DNA of 42,590 nt. It comes from Gammaproteobacteria bacterium (GTDB taxonomy: Bacteria; Pseudomonadota; Gammaproteobacteria; GCA-001735895). A program made the position numbers and the translations under genes. Shown here piece after piece: positions 26,969 to 38,756 of this stretch. Numbering within the stretch: the stretch's first letter is position 1; every line of letters starts with the position of its first letter. Location of the stretch: the NCBI GenBank assembly GCA_030066335.1, contig JASJBV010000070.1, forward strand, positions 1-42,590. Reading direction: 5' to 3'. Under the pieces are notes generated by a model, which did no database searches, was not told the DNA's origin, and saw only the letters and a program-made list of their open reading frames with translations.

Positions 26969-27499
26969 ATGATCCGTTCCTTTGACGACATCTCACCCCG
27001 CATCGGCAACTATTGCTATATCGATGAACGCGCCGATGTCATCGGCGATGTCGAGATCGGTGACCACAGCTCGGTGTGGCCGCAGACCGTGATCCGTGGC
27101 GATGTGAACTACATCCGCATCGGCCGGCACAGCAACATCCAGGACGGCAGCGTGCTTCACGTCAGTCATGCCGGCGAATACAATCCCAAGGGTGGACCGC
27201 TGCTGATCGGCGACCATGTCACGGTCGGGCACAAGGTCATCCTGCATGCCTGCACTATCGGTGACGATTGCCTGATCGGTATGGGCGCCGTCGTTATGGA
27301 TGATGTTGAGGTACAAGACCAGGTCATGGTCGCTGCCGGTAGCATGGTGCCGCCGCGCAAGGTGCTGGAAAGCGGTTACCTGTATCTTGGCAGCCCCTGC
27401 AAGCAGCTGCGCAAGCTGGAGCAACAAGAACTGGACTACCTGCGTTATTCGGCCGAGCACTACGTGCGCCTGAAAGACCGCTACCTCGCCAACCCATAA
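26969..27499 (+). CDS. Gamma-class carbonic anhydrase-like / hexapeptide-repeat protein (YrdA/PaaY family)
   Basis: 176 aa. Left-handed beta-helix hexapeptide repeats, IGD.SSVWP..VIRGD...I.IG..SNIQDGSVLH. A weak hairpin and T8 lie at ~27534-27557. Confidence 0.85.
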   Translation: MIRSFDDISPRIGNYCYIDERADVIGDVEIGDHSSVWPQTVIRGDVNYIRIGRHSNIQDGSVLHVSHAGEYNPKGGPLLIGDHVTVGHKVILHACTIGDDCLIGMGAVVMDDVEVQDQVMVAAGSMVPPRKVLESGYLYLGSPCKQLRKLEQQELDYLRYSAEHYVRLKDRYLANP

Positions 27500-27580
27500 C
27501 CCTTGAATTATTACTGAAACAACATATTAAAACGGTGGAATCATCCGCCTTTTTTTTACAACCTTTAAGCAGGAGTTTAT

Positions 27581-27745
27581 ATGAACAAGTGGGAATGCAT
27601 CATTTGCGGTTTTATTTATGATGAAGAGCTCGGGCTACCGGACGAGGGTATCCCCGCCGGCACTCGCTGGGAGGACGTACCCGATGACTGGATTTGTCCT
27701 GAATGTGCCGCGACCAAGGATGATTTCGAAATGGTGAAGATCTAA
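27581..27745 (+). CDS. rubA: Rubredoxin
   Basis: Below the track cutoff. AGGAG Shine-Dalgarno sequence. MNKWECIICGFIYDEELGLPDEGIPAGTRWEDVPDDWICPECAATKDDFEMVKI has two CxxC pairs. The stop TAA is immediately followed by the TTG start of the reductase gene. Confidence 0.9.
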   Translation: MNKWECIICGFIYDEELGLPDEGIPAGTRWEDVPDDWICPECAATKDDFEMVKI

Positions 27746-28900
27746 TTGAACGCTGAAACTGAAACCCGGGACCTGGTCATCATCGGCAGCGGTATGGCGG
27801 GTTACACCCTGCTGCGGGAAATCCGCAAACTGGATAAGGAGCTACAGATCACGCTGATCTGTGCCGACCGCGGTGACTTTTACTCCAAGCCGATGTTATC
27901 GAATGCATTGGACAAGCAGAAAACCCCGGACAGCCTGGTCACCCAGAGTGCCGAGGCGATCAGCGAAGCGCTCAACTTCGAGCTGGTCAATCACACCACG
28001 GTCACCGCGATCGACCCCGCACAGCAGCGTATCGACAGCAGCAGCGGCAGCTGGACTTACCAACGCCTGGTGCTGGCGACCGGGGCACGCCAGTTCGTGT
28101 TACCGATCGATGGCGATGGCGCCGGCGATATCCTGTCGGTCAACAGCCTCGATGATTACCGGCAATTCCACTTGCGACTCGATGATGCCCGGAAGATCGC
28201 GATCATTGGCCCCGGCTTGATCGGCTGTGAATTCGCCAACGACCTGGCCCTGGCCGGCAAGCAGGTATCAGTGATCGGCCCCGACCCCTGGCCATTGAGC
28301 ACTTTACTGCCCGAGCAGGCCGGTCAATTTCTTCACGCCAAGCTCGCGCAACAGGGCATAGGATTCCATTTGCAGAATACCGTGCAATCGGTACAGCGTG
28401 GGGATGACGGTTATCAACTGGCTTTAGCAGATGACAGTCAGCTCGAGGCCGACCTGGTGTTATCCGCGGTGGGCCTGCGCGCCAACCTGGACCTGGCCGA
28501 AAGCAGCGGACTCAACACCGATCGCGGTTATGTTACCGACCGCTTGCTGCAAACCAGTATCGAAAACATCTACGCCCTTGGCGACTGCGCCGAGGTCGAG
28601 GGTCGGCATCTGCCCTACATCCTGCCAATCATGCAATGCGCGCGCGCCCTGGCCAGGACCCTGACCGGGTATCCAACCGAGGTACGCTACCCGGCGATGC
28701 CGGTCACGATCAAGACCCCCTCCTGCCCGATCGTGGTTGCGCCCGCTGCCCAGGCAGATGCAGAGTGGCGGCTGGAAAACACCGAAGATGGGATCAAGGC
28801 CCTGCAATACGTCAACGACGACCTGGTCGGCTTTGTGCTGGTTGGTGACGCGGTGACGGAAAGACAGGCCCTTAGCAGGTTAGTGCCCGACGTTTTATAA
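27746..28900 (+). CDS. rubB: Rubredoxin-NAD(P)+ reductase (FAD-dependent pyridine nucleotide-disulfide oxidoreductase)
   Basis: 384 aa. Dinucleotide folds VIIGSGMAGY and IAIIGPGLIGCEFA, plus ALGDCAE. Translationally coupled to rubredoxin. Confidence 0.8.
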   Translation: MNAETETRDLVIIGSGMAGYTLLREIRKLDKELQITLICADRGDFYSKPMLSNALDKQKTPDSLVTQSAEAISEALNFELVNHTTVTAIDPAQQRIDSSSGSWTYQRLVLATGARQFVLPIDGDGAGDILSVNSLDDYRQFHLRLDDARKIAIIGPGLIGCEFANDLALAGKQVSVIGPDPWPLSTLLPEQAGQFLHAKLAQQGIGFHLQNTVQSVQRGDDGYQLALADDSQLEADLVLSAVGLRANLDLAESSGLNTDRGYVTDRLLQTSIENIYALGDCAEVEGRHLPYILPIMQCARALARTLTGYPTEVRYPAMPVTIKTPSCPIVVAPAAQADAEWRLENTEDGIKALQYVNDDLVGFVLVGDAVTERQALSRLVPDVL

Positions 28901-28967
28901 GCTCTGCGGTGGAACCCGCACCAACCCTGGTTGTCACAAAATTAAATAACAATTCAGGAGGTGTGGT

Positions 28968-30470
28968 ATGGAAGAGTACAGCAGCGTCCTGCTTTTTATC
29001 CTGCAGGTAATGGCCACATTGTTCATCTTCGTTATCGGTAGCGGGGTGTTGATCGCCATCGTCATGTATATCGCCGATATGCTGCAGACCACCCATGCCA
29101 TCCGACGTAATTACCCCCTGATCGGTCGCTTCCGTTATCTGTTCGAAAATCTGGGTGAATTCTTCCGCCAATATTTCTTCGCCCAGGACCGCGAGGAAAT
29201 GCCGTTCAACCGCGCCCAGCGCAGTTGGGTCTATCGCGCAGCGAAGAATATCGATACCACGGTCGCATTCGGTTCCACCCGCAGCCTGCGCCCAACCGGC
29301 ACCATCATGTTCGTCAACTGTCCTTATCCTACGCTGGGTAAGGATGCGGTCAAACCGCAACCGGTCACGCTCGGCCCGGATTGTGCCAGGCCTTATACCA
29401 CTTCCTCACTGTTCAATATTTCCGGCATGAGTTATGGCGCCATTTCCAAACCGGCAGTGCAGGCATTATCGCAGGGTGCCGGCATGACCAATGCCTGGTT
29501 GAATACGGGTGAAGGTGGGCTGTCCCCCTATCACCTGGAGGGTGGAGCCGACCTGGTATTCCAGATCGGTACCGCACTCTATGGGGTACGCGATGACAAT
29601 GGCGAACTCAGCGATGAGAAACTGCGCGAATTGGCCGGCCTCGACCAGGTCAAGATGTTTGAGATCAAGCTAAGCCAGGGTGCCAAGCCTGGCAAGGGCG
29701 GCATCCTGCCTGGCGGCAAGGTAACCGAGGAGATTGCCAGCATCCGCGGTATCCCCCTGGGCCTGGACTCGATCAGCCCCAACCGCCACCCTGATATCAA
29801 CAATACCCGGCAGTTGTTGGACATGCTCGAGCATGTACGCGAGGTAACCGGCAAGCCGGTTGGGTTCAAGGCGGTTATCGGGGCTTACGGCTGGATCGAT
29901 GACTTATGCCTGGAGATCAAGCAACGTGGCATCCACTCTGCCCCCGATTTTATTTGCATAGACAGCGCCGATGGCGGTACCGGTGCCGCCCCGATGAGCC
30001 TGATGGACTATATGGGTTTGCCGCTACAGGAGAGCCTGCCACTGGTGGTCGACATGCTCGACAAGCACGGCTTGCGTGAACGGATCAAGGTGATCTGTTC
30101 CGGCAAGCTGGTCAACCCGGCCGAGGCCGCATGGGCCCTGTGCATGGGCGCCGATTTTATCGTGTCCGCACGCGGTTTCATGTTTGCCCTGGGCTGTATC
30201 CAGGCCCTGCAATGCAACAAAAACACCTGTCCCACCGGTATCACCACTCATGACCGAAAATTACAGCGTGGACTGAATCCGCAGAACAAGGCGGTGCGAG
30301 TGAAGAATTATATCGAACACATGGAGCATGAAATCGGTGTCATCTCGCACTCCTGTGGGGTCAGGGAGCCACGGGAACTGAAACGATTTCATTGCCGGAT
30401 GGTGATCGAGGATGGTCGCTCAAAATCGATGCAGGAATTGTATCCCTATTATCAGGAACAACCAGGATGA
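28968..30470 (+). CDS. FMN-binding glutamate synthase-family protein (GltB domain-2-like), N-terminal membrane anchor
   Basis: 500 aa. FNISGMSYGA.S...LNTGEGG...KLSQGAKPG.GG.LPG.KV...I...R......SP..H...DG..GGTGAAP... A GGAGG Shine-Dalgarno sequence is present. Confidence 0.8.
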   Translation: MEEYSSVLLFILQVMATLFIFVIGSGVLIAIVMYIADMLQTTHAIRRNYPLIGRFRYLFENLGEFFRQYFFAQDREEMPFNRAQRSWVYRAAKNIDTTVAFGSTRSLRPTGTIMFVNCPYPTLGKDAVKPQPVTLGPDCARPYTTSSLFNISGMSYGAISKPAVQALSQGAGMTNAWLNTGEGGLSPYHLEGGADLVFQIGTALYGVRDDNGELSDEKLRELAGLDQVKMFEIKLSQGAKPGKGGILPGGKVTEEIASIRGIPLGLDSISPNRHPDINNTRQLLDMLEHVREVTGKPVGFKAVIGAYGWIDDLCLEIKQRGIHSAPDFICIDSADGGTGAAPMSLMDYMGLPLQESLPLVVDMLDKHGLRERIKVICSGKLVNPAEAAWALCMGADFIVSARGFMFALGCIQALQCNKNTCPTGITTHDRKLQRGLNPQNKAVRVKNYIEHMEHEIGVISHSCGVREPRELKRFHCRMVIEDGRSKSMQELYPYYQEQPG

Positions 30471-30479
30471 CACAGGAAA

Positions 30480-32667
<2,188 letters not shown>

Positions 32668-32708
32668 TCAAAAAAGCTGCGTAGTATAGCATCGAAGCTC
32701 TGAGCCGC

Positions 32709-33338
32709 CTATGGCAAGCCCTGGGACCGCTCGAGGGTTTGGCCGTCATCCCAGTTCCGGCGCAAATCCTGCAGACCCTCACCATAGGCCTCGGCATCTC
32801 CATAATCGAAGAACTTCGGGTAACGCGGGTGCTCATCGGCCTTGCGCCGTGCATGCTTGATCGGGCACCAGTATTGCTCGGTACGGGCACTGATCTCGCG
32901 CGCATAACTGAGCAGACCGTTGGCATAGCCGCAGTAGATACAGTTGAATTTTTCGATCACGTTAAGATAAGCCAGGTGATGGCGATCGATGATTAGATGG
33001 TCCGAACGTTTGACCAGCGGAATCCGATAAATGCGAAAGCATACCTGCTGATAAACAGTGATAGTCAGGTCCAGTAACGCCAACGGAATGACCATGCCAT
33101 AGATCAGCGGCGAGCTGAGGATGAATGGCAGCGGCGCATCACGCAGATAGGCCCAGGCATTGGTGCGGAACTGCTTCTGCCAGCGGCGCATGCTTTTCTC
33201 GAATACCACGCGCCGGCGCTTGAGGTGATACTGGAACTGCTGACGTTTTTCATCCAGCAGGCGATCAAGCTCTTGCTCCAGTTCCGTCTGCGCCTGCTGC
33301 AATCGCTGCAGTATTTCATCCAGTGCACTTGAACGCAT
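32709..33338 (-). CDS. Hypothetical membrane-associated protein: coiled-coil N-terminus, hydrophobic hairpin, Cys-containing C-terminal domain
   Basis: 209 aa. Q/E/R-rich helix (aa 1-45), hydrophobic LPFILSSPLIYGMVIPLALLDLTITVY, then NCIYCGYANG...YWCPIKHA (CxxC...C..H). No family recognised. A weak hairpin and U6 lie at ~32670-32698. Confidence 0.55.
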   Translation of the reverse strand: MRSSALDEILQRLQQAQTELEQELDRLLDEKRQQFQYHLKRRRVVFEKSMRRWQKQFRTNAWAYLRDAPLPFILSSPLIYGMVIPLALLDLTITVYQQVCFRIYRIPLVKRSDHLIIDRHHLAYLNVIEKFNCIYCGYANGLLSYAREISARTEQYWCPIKHARRKADEHPRYPKFFDYGDAEAYGEGLQDLRRNWDDGQTLERSQGLP

Positions 33339-33429
33339 CTGCCTTACCTCTTAAGGTTGATTAATCCGCTTAACCAACAGGTTAGCTTAATAAACCTAAA
33401 CCCGCCCGATTGATTTGAGGAGAATACAG

Positions 33430-33789
33430 ATGCCACAACATGAGAAGATCGATTACGTGGAATTTCCCGCCCGGGATATCGAGCGGATCAAGGCCTTTTT
33501 CGCCGCGGCGTTCGGCTGGTCATTCACCGACTATGGCCCGGAATACACCGCGTTCAGCGGCCAGGGACTGGATGGTGGTTTCTTTGCTTCAGACCAGGCC
33601 AGCACCACCCAGCATGGCAGTGCCCTGATCGTGTTCTACAGCCAGGCATTGGAACAAACCCGGGATAAAATCGAACGCGCAGGTGGCAAGATTATTAAAC
33701 CGATATTCTCATTCCCCGGCGGCAGGCGCTTTCACTTCAGCGACCCCAATGGTAATGAATACGCGGTCTGGTCCGACCTGGAGAACTGA
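33430..33789 (+). CDS. VOC (glyoxalase/bleomycin-resistance/dioxygenase) family protein
   Basis: Track ORF 33415..33789 has a TTG start. The ATG at 33430 is preceded by GAGGAG. IDYVEFPARDIERIKAFF...FGW.F...GG...F.DP.GN. Confidence 0.75.
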   Translation: MPQHEKIDYVEFPARDIERIKAFFAAAFGWSFTDYGPEYTAFSGQGLDGGFFASDQASTTQHGSALIVFYSQALEQTRDKIERAGGKIIKPIFSFPGGRRFHFSDPNGNEYAVWSDLEN

Positions 33790-33801
33790 TCCACTGCGGG
33801 A

Positions 33802-35505
33802 TTACTTGTACAGCGGCTCCAGTACCTGCCTTGATGGTTGCTGCCGGCCTGGCTGTTGCATCAGTTGCCGGGCTTGCTGCTTGATCAGGGCAAAATCGAC
33901 CGCCTGCTGCTGGCCGCCATACAGCACCGCATCGATCCGATTGATTTCCGCCGTCATTTCCGCCGGTAGCCGATTACCCAGGTCATTCAGCACATTGATC
34001 CTGGCCGGTGCCAATACGATCCGTGCCCATGCCAGCACCGCCGCGCGGCAGGCATGGAGATCCTGCTCATCGCAGGCCTGCGCCAGCCGACGGTAGCTCT
34101 GCCTGGCAGTCGGTTGCGGATTACTCGGTTCGGCGTCGACGATGGTTGCAGTTTTGCGGCTGCGATAAACCCACAGCAGAATGGTCAACAACCATCCGCC
34201 TCCGAGCAGCATCGCCAGCCATTTCCACCAGCCAATCCCCGGTTCGCCAATGACCGGCTGGCTGCTGGATTGCGCGGGCGATGGTTGCTGCAGGCCCTGT
34301 GGTGCACTGACCATGGGCGCCGGCGGTTGAGTCAGGCCCGGCGACGCCGCCATGACCTCAATATCGCGGGCCGGGATACGCGCCACCTCACGGCGCTGGG
34401 TCTGGGTATTCCACCACGGAATTTCCAGCGCCGGCAGCGTAATGCGCCCGGGTCGGGTCGGGATGAAAGCGACCTTATCCACGCGGTAGCCGCTGACCCC
34501 GTTATCATTCTCGATATCGTTCAACAGCGGTTGATCCGGGTACTGCTTGAGCCCGTCAATTTCGAGCGCCGGTAATTCCGGTATTTGGGCCGCGGTCAGA
34601 CCATCGGCCTTGATCGATAGTGTGCGGGTGACCGGTTCACCCTGCACCAGTCGCGGCGGCTGTTGCGGCCATTGTTCGGTGATCTGCAGACCACGAGCGG
34701 GTAGCCAGGGGGTCATATTGGCATTGGCCGGCATCGGCAATACCTCGACCTGCAGGTTATTGGAACGCGCCCTGAGCAGCTGACCGCGTTGACCGAAGGA
34801 ATCGAACAGTGAGCTGCTGGAAGAACCGATACGCCCCTCGGCCAGGGCGGGTGCAATCTGCAATTGGCCGCTTTGCTGGGGAAACACCGCATAGCTTTTC
34901 TCCACCACCATGTAGGCTAGATTGCCGATCTGGGTGCGGTACTGACGCTCATCCCCCAGATCCACGGTCAGCACATCCATGCCGCTGATCTCCGGTGGCT
35001 GCATGCCAAACGCCGATAGCCGGTTGACACTGAACAATTGCTGGGTGATCACCAGCTGTTGTTGGACGTACAGCTGCGATTGATCGACTTCGATTTGGGT
35101 GAAAAAACTGCCCTGACCACCGCCCAGTTGTTGTGAAGCCGGCTTAACCGTCAGTTGATAAGACGGGCTCTTGTCCCTGCCGAAAGCAATAGGAGGCAGA
35201 ATCAACTCGCCCGAGCGCTTGGCCATTACGGTCAGGGTCCAGCTTTTACTGCTACGGATATCGCCATTGCGATAACTGAAGCTGCTGTTCTGGCTGCGGT
35301 TTAGAATATCCAACTCCTGGCTCAAGGGGGAAAAATCGGGGTCGTCATCGACCGAGCCGCTGGTTTCATAGACCAGGCGGAAAGACTCGTTGAGACTGAC
35401 CGGATTACGGTCGCTGCGGACCTGGATATCAGCGGCCAGCGAAGGTGCTGACATGAGCAGGCTACCAATCGCGAAAGTCAGGATTTGCGTTAGTCGTTTT
35501 ACCAT
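33802..35505 (-). CDS. BatD-like protein, last gene of the MoxR/VWA operon
   Basis: 567 aa. Signal peptide (LMSAPSLAADI), a long beta-rich ectodomain, a C-proximal TM (WWKWLAMLLGGGWLLTILLWVY) and a cytoplasmic tail. Overlaps the upstream gene by 7 nt. Confidence 0.7.
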   Translation of the reverse strand: MVKRLTQILTFAIGSLLMSAPSLAADIQVRSDRNPVSLNESFRLVYETSGSVDDDPDFSPLSQELDILNRSQNSSFSYRNGDIRSSKSWTLTVMAKRSGELILPPIAFGRDKSPSYQLTVKPASQQLGGGQGSFFTQIEVDQSQLYVQQQLVITQQLFSVNRLSAFGMQPPEISGMDVLTVDLGDERQYRTQIGNLAYMVVEKSYAVFPQQSGQLQIAPALAEGRIGSSSSSLFDSFGQRGQLLRARSNNLQVEVLPMPANANMTPWLPARGLQITEQWPQQPPRLVQGEPVTRTLSIKADGLTAAQIPELPALEIDGLKQYPDQPLLNDIENDNGVSGYRVDKVAFIPTRPGRITLPALEIPWWNTQTQRREVARIPARDIEVMAASPGLTQPPAPMVSAPQGLQQPSPAQSSSQPVIGEPGIGWWKWLAMLLGGGWLLTILLWVYRSRKTATIVDAEPSNPQPTARQSYRRLAQACDEQDLHACRAAVLAWARIVLAPARINVLNDLGNRLPAEMTAEINRIDAVLYGGQQQAVDFALIKQQARQLMQQPGRQQPSRQVLEPLYK

Positions 35506-37277
35506 GGTTCTCTCTCCCGACTGGGTTGGGTCTGGCGCCCGTACTGGTAGCGGAATTTATTTCGTAACAGACCGCCCGGGTCATCCGGGATGCGTCTGAG
35601 CCATTGTTCCTGGGCCTGTTGCGACATCTGCTCGGTCAGGTCATCACTGGCGATGGGCTGACGCTGTTGTTCCCCGGCATCCTCAGCCTGTTGCTGTTGC
35701 TCCTGTTGCGCTGGCTGCTGTTGCTGTTGCTGCTGCTGTTGGTCCGCCTCGGCCGTCGAATCCTGCTGGTTCTGCTGCTGCTCACCTGCCGCTTCCTGAT
35801 CTTGCTGGCCAGCCGAGTCCGGTTGCGATGGCTGTTGCTCGGCCGATTGCTGGTCCTGCTGCGATTGCTGGTTCTGCTGTTGTTGCTGTTGCTGCTGTTG
35901 CTGCCGCTGCTGCTGTTCGAGGGCCTGCCTGACCAGTTCGCGGTTATGGGCCGCATCCTCATGCCGCGGCTCGGTCGCCAGGACCCGGTCATAGTTGTCC
36001 AGCGCCTGCTGATACTCGCCCAACCGGGCCAGGGTGTTCGCGCGATTGTAGTCGGCGGTCACCGATTCCAGCCCCTCCAGATGCTGCAGCGCCTGTTGAT
36101 ACTGATTTGCCTGGTAATGGGCGGCAGCCTTCCAGGCGTCATCGCCAAATGTTTGCGCAGCGGCCTCGGCTTCACCCTGTTGCAGCTGGCGCTGGCCCAG
36201 CTGATTTTTATTGTACCAGAGTCGATCCCACCAGCTGATTTCATCGGCCAGACCCGTTTGCGGAGCTGGCAATACCAGGGCCGCCAGGACCACGGGCAGG
36301 ATGAAACCACGCCGGAACGCCAGGGCCGCCAATGGAGTAACCAGCAATAGTAACCAGGGACCCTGTTCCTGCCAGCGGTCAGCCTTGAGTTCGCTGCGCT
36401 GATGCTGGGCCGTCAACAGGTCGCGATCAAAGTGACCTGCCAGTCGCTGCAAATCGCTATCATCGATGGTCATCGGCGTATAGACGCCGCCCTTCGCCTG
36501 GGCCAGTTGTTGTAACTGTCCAGGGTCGGTCCTGCTGACCACGATCGAGCCCTGTCGATCCTTGACGAAGCCTCCACCCCGCTGCGGAATCGGTGCGCCA
36601 TTTTCACTCCCCACCGCCATTACCGACAGCCGGTAACCGCGGGTATCGAGGCGCTGGATCAGCTCACCGACCCTGGCCGATATACCGTCACTGATCAGCA
36701 GGATATCGCCATTGGCGATACCGGCATTGCGGAATAACTCCACGGCGCTGGCAACCGCCTGGTCGGTACGACTACCCTGCGCCGGCATGATATCGGTCTC
36801 CAGGCTGGACAGCAGCGATTGGATGGTCTTGATATCGTCGGTTAAAGGGGTCACGGTGTAGGCGGTCGCGGCAAACGCAATCAACGCGGTCTGCCCCTCC
36901 CGCCGTTGTTGCAGTAAATCACTGACCTTGAGGCGCGCCCGGGCCAGGCGCGAGGGCTTGATATCTTCTGCATCCATCGATTGCGACAAATCCAGCGCAA
37001 TCACCAACGCCGACTGTTGTTTGAGCACCGGTAGCGGTAACTTGTCCCACACCGGTCCGGCCAGCGCGATGATCGCAAGCAGGCCAAGGAAAAGCCACAG
37101 CAGGGTCAGTCCCCGCCGGCGCTTACCCTGCTGATCGACGATCAGGTGCGGTAACAGTTGTGGATCGACCACCGCGGCCCAGCCGCGCTGATCCTGACGC
37201 CGGCGCCACAGCAGCCAGGCGAGCAGCGCCAACGGCAGCAACAACCAGAACCATTCCGGACGCAGGAAGTGAAACAT
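35499..37277 (-). CDS. VWA-domain + TPR protein (BatB/BatC-like fusion) with a Gln-rich C-terminal tract
   Basis: Track ORF 35499..37355. The ATG at 37277 (MFHFLRPEWFWLLLPLALL) overlaps the BatA stop as TGATG. Two N-terminal TMs, MIDAS motif DLSQSM, a further TM, and TPR repeats (YQANQYQQALQHLE...ANTLARLGEYQQALDNYDRVL). Confidence 0.75.
   Translation of the reverse strand: MFHFLRPEWFWLLLPLALLAWLLWRRRQDQRGWAAVVDPQLLPHLIVDQQGKRRRGLTLLWLFLGLLAIIALAGPVWDKLPLPVLKQQSALVIALDLSQSMDAEDIKPSRLARARLKVSDLLQQRREGQTALIAFAATAYTVTPLTDDIKTIQSLLSSLETDIMPAQGSRTDQAVASAVELFRNAGIANGDILLISDGISARVGELIQRLDTRGYRLSVMAVGSENGAPIPQRGGGFVKDRQGSIVVSRTDPGQLQQLAQAKGGVYTPMTIDDSDLQRLAGHFDRDLLTAQHQRSELKADRWQEQGPWLLLLVTPLAALAFRRGFILPVVLAALVLPAPQTGLADEISWWDRLWYNKNQLGQRQLQQGEAEAAAQTFGDDAWKAAAHYQANQYQQALQHLEGLESVTADYNRANTLARLGEYQQALDNYDRVLATEPRHEDAAHNRELVRQALEQQQRQQQQQQQQQQNQQSQQDQQSAEQQPSQPDSAGQQDQEAAGEQQQNQQDSTAEADQQQQQQQQQPAQQEQQQQAEDAGEQQRQPIASDDLTEQMSQQAQEQWLRRIPDDPGGLLRNKFRYQYGRQTQPSREREPW
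35658..35915 (-). repeat. Imperfect CAG/CAA (Gln) trinucleotide-repeat tract inside the VWA-TPR gene
   Basis: In 86 codons, 48 are Gln, including uninterrupted runs of Q10 and Q9 (mixed CAG/CAA). It produces the poly-Leu antisense ORF 35604..36350. Confidence 0.85.
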
Positions 37278-38269
37278 CAAGGTCCACCTCGCCGGCCGAT
37301 CACATTGGCCGCAGCCAGCAGCATACCCAGCAACACGGCGGCCGCCAGTGGCCAAATGTACAAGGACCTGACCGGACGCAGGGTCTGGGTTTCCACCTCC
37401 ACCGGCTCCAGTTGATCCAGGCGGCGGTAGATATCGGCCAGTTGACGGGTATCGCGGGCACGGAAATACTGCCCTCCGGTTTGGTCGGCAATCGCGGTAA
37501 GGGTTTCTTCATCCAGTTCCTGTGAGGGGTTGATGCGCTGTTTACCGAAAAAACTGTTGCGGATCATTTCATCCGCGCCGATGCCGATGGTATAAATCCT
37601 GAGGCCTTTTTCCGCTGCCAGTTGCGCCGCCTTCAACGGCGTGATCTCACCGGCGGTGTTGGCGCCATCGGTCAGCAGAATCAACACCCGGTTGCCATCA
37701 CTATCCTGCAGGCGCTTGACTGCGAGCCCGATCGCATCGCCGATCGCCGTCTCTTTACCGGCGAGGCCGATGGCGGATTCCAGCAACAGGGTATTGACCG
37801 TTTGCAGGTCGAAGGTCAGCGGTGTTTGCAGATAAGCCCGGCGCCCGAACAGGATCAGGCCTATCCGGTCACCCTGGCGCGCGCGGATGAAATCCTGCGC
37901 CACATGCTTGGTCGCGGTCAGCCGGTTGACGGTGCGGCCATTGATGGAAAAATCCTCGACCTGCATACTGCCGGACAGGTCTACCGCCAGCATCAGGTCG
38001 CGTCCGCTGACCGGAATCTGTAGTTGTTCACCGACCCATTGCGGCCGTGCGGTTGCCAATACCAGTAACAACCAGCCGACGATCAGCAGCAATAATGTCC
38101 AGGGTCGGAGCGAGGCCATCCCCGCCGATCCACCATCATGGTCAAAGTCATCGATCACCGGTACCCGCAATGCCGCCTGTGGCGCCGGGTCAGCCGCGGG
38201 CAGCAGCCAGCGCAATACCCAGGGTAACGGCAACATCAGTAACGCCCATGGCCACTGCAATTCAAACAT
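37277..38269 (-). CDS. VWA-domain membrane protein (BatA-like)
   Basis: 330 aa. N-terminal TMs, MIDAS motif VDLSGSM, a VWA fold (...ILLTDGANTAG...IYTIGIG) and a C-terminal TM. Confidence 0.8.
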   Translation of the reverse strand: MFELQWPWALLMLPLPWVLRWLLPAADPAPQAALRVPVIDDFDHDGGSAGMASLRPWTLLLLIVGWLLLVLATARPQWVGEQLQIPVSGRDLMLAVDLSGSMQVEDFSINGRTVNRLTATKHVAQDFIRARQGDRIGLILFGRRAYLQTPLTFDLQTVNTLLLESAIGLAGKETAIGDAIGLAVKRLQDSDGNRVLILLTDGANTAGEITPLKAAQLAAEKGLRIYTIGIGADEMIRNSFFGKQRINPSQELDEETLTAIADQTGGQYFRARDTRQLADIYRRLDQLEPVEVETQTLRPVRSLYIWPLAAAVLLGMLLAAANVIGRRGGP

Positions 38270-38756
38270 CGGCCAATCTCCGCCGTGGCAACGCGGCTAA
38301 CCAATGCCGGGACTGCTGGATCAAGGCTTCGATATCCTGATCGCTGAGCTCGGGTGATGCTTGATAAGGTGCCCGGCTCAGCAACGCGATCTGCGCCGGG
38401 GAAAAACCATGATCGGCAGCGAGTTGATTCAGCTGCCGATACCAACTATCACCGGTCAGCCCGGCCGCTTGATGCCGTCCCAGGTAGCTGATCCCGATCC
38501 GCCGCAGCAGGCTGGATAAATCCTGCAATAACAACTGCTTGTCAGCATGTTGCCGGTAGCGACCGGTGATAGCCGTGAGTCCCTCTCTGGCACTTTTATT
38601 CAGCAACGGCTGGCGTAGTCTTTTGTACGACAGGTAGACTAGGCCCAGTAGCAACAGCGTAAGCACCAGCAACAACCACCAGCCGGGTGCCGGCGGCCAC
38701 CAGGTTATAGCATCGGGCAGATGGATATCGCGCAACGGCAGTTGATTTTCCATCAT
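38262..38756 (-). CDS. DUF4381-type small membrane protein of MoxR/VWA operons
   Basis: Track ORF 38262..38831. The ATG at 38756 overlaps the DUF58 stop (ATGATGG). LRDIHLPDAITWWPPAPGWWLLLVLTLLLLGLVY is the characteristic WPPAPGWW-plus-TM signature. Confidence 0.65.
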   Translation of the reverse strand: MMENQLPLRDIHLPDAITWWPPAPGWWLLLVLTLLLLGLVYLSYKRLRQPLLNKSAREGLTAITGRYRQHADKQLLLQDLSSLLRRIGISYLGRHQAAGLTGDSWYRQLNQLAADHGFSPAQIALLSRAPYQASPELSDQDIEALIQQSRHWLAALPRRRLADV

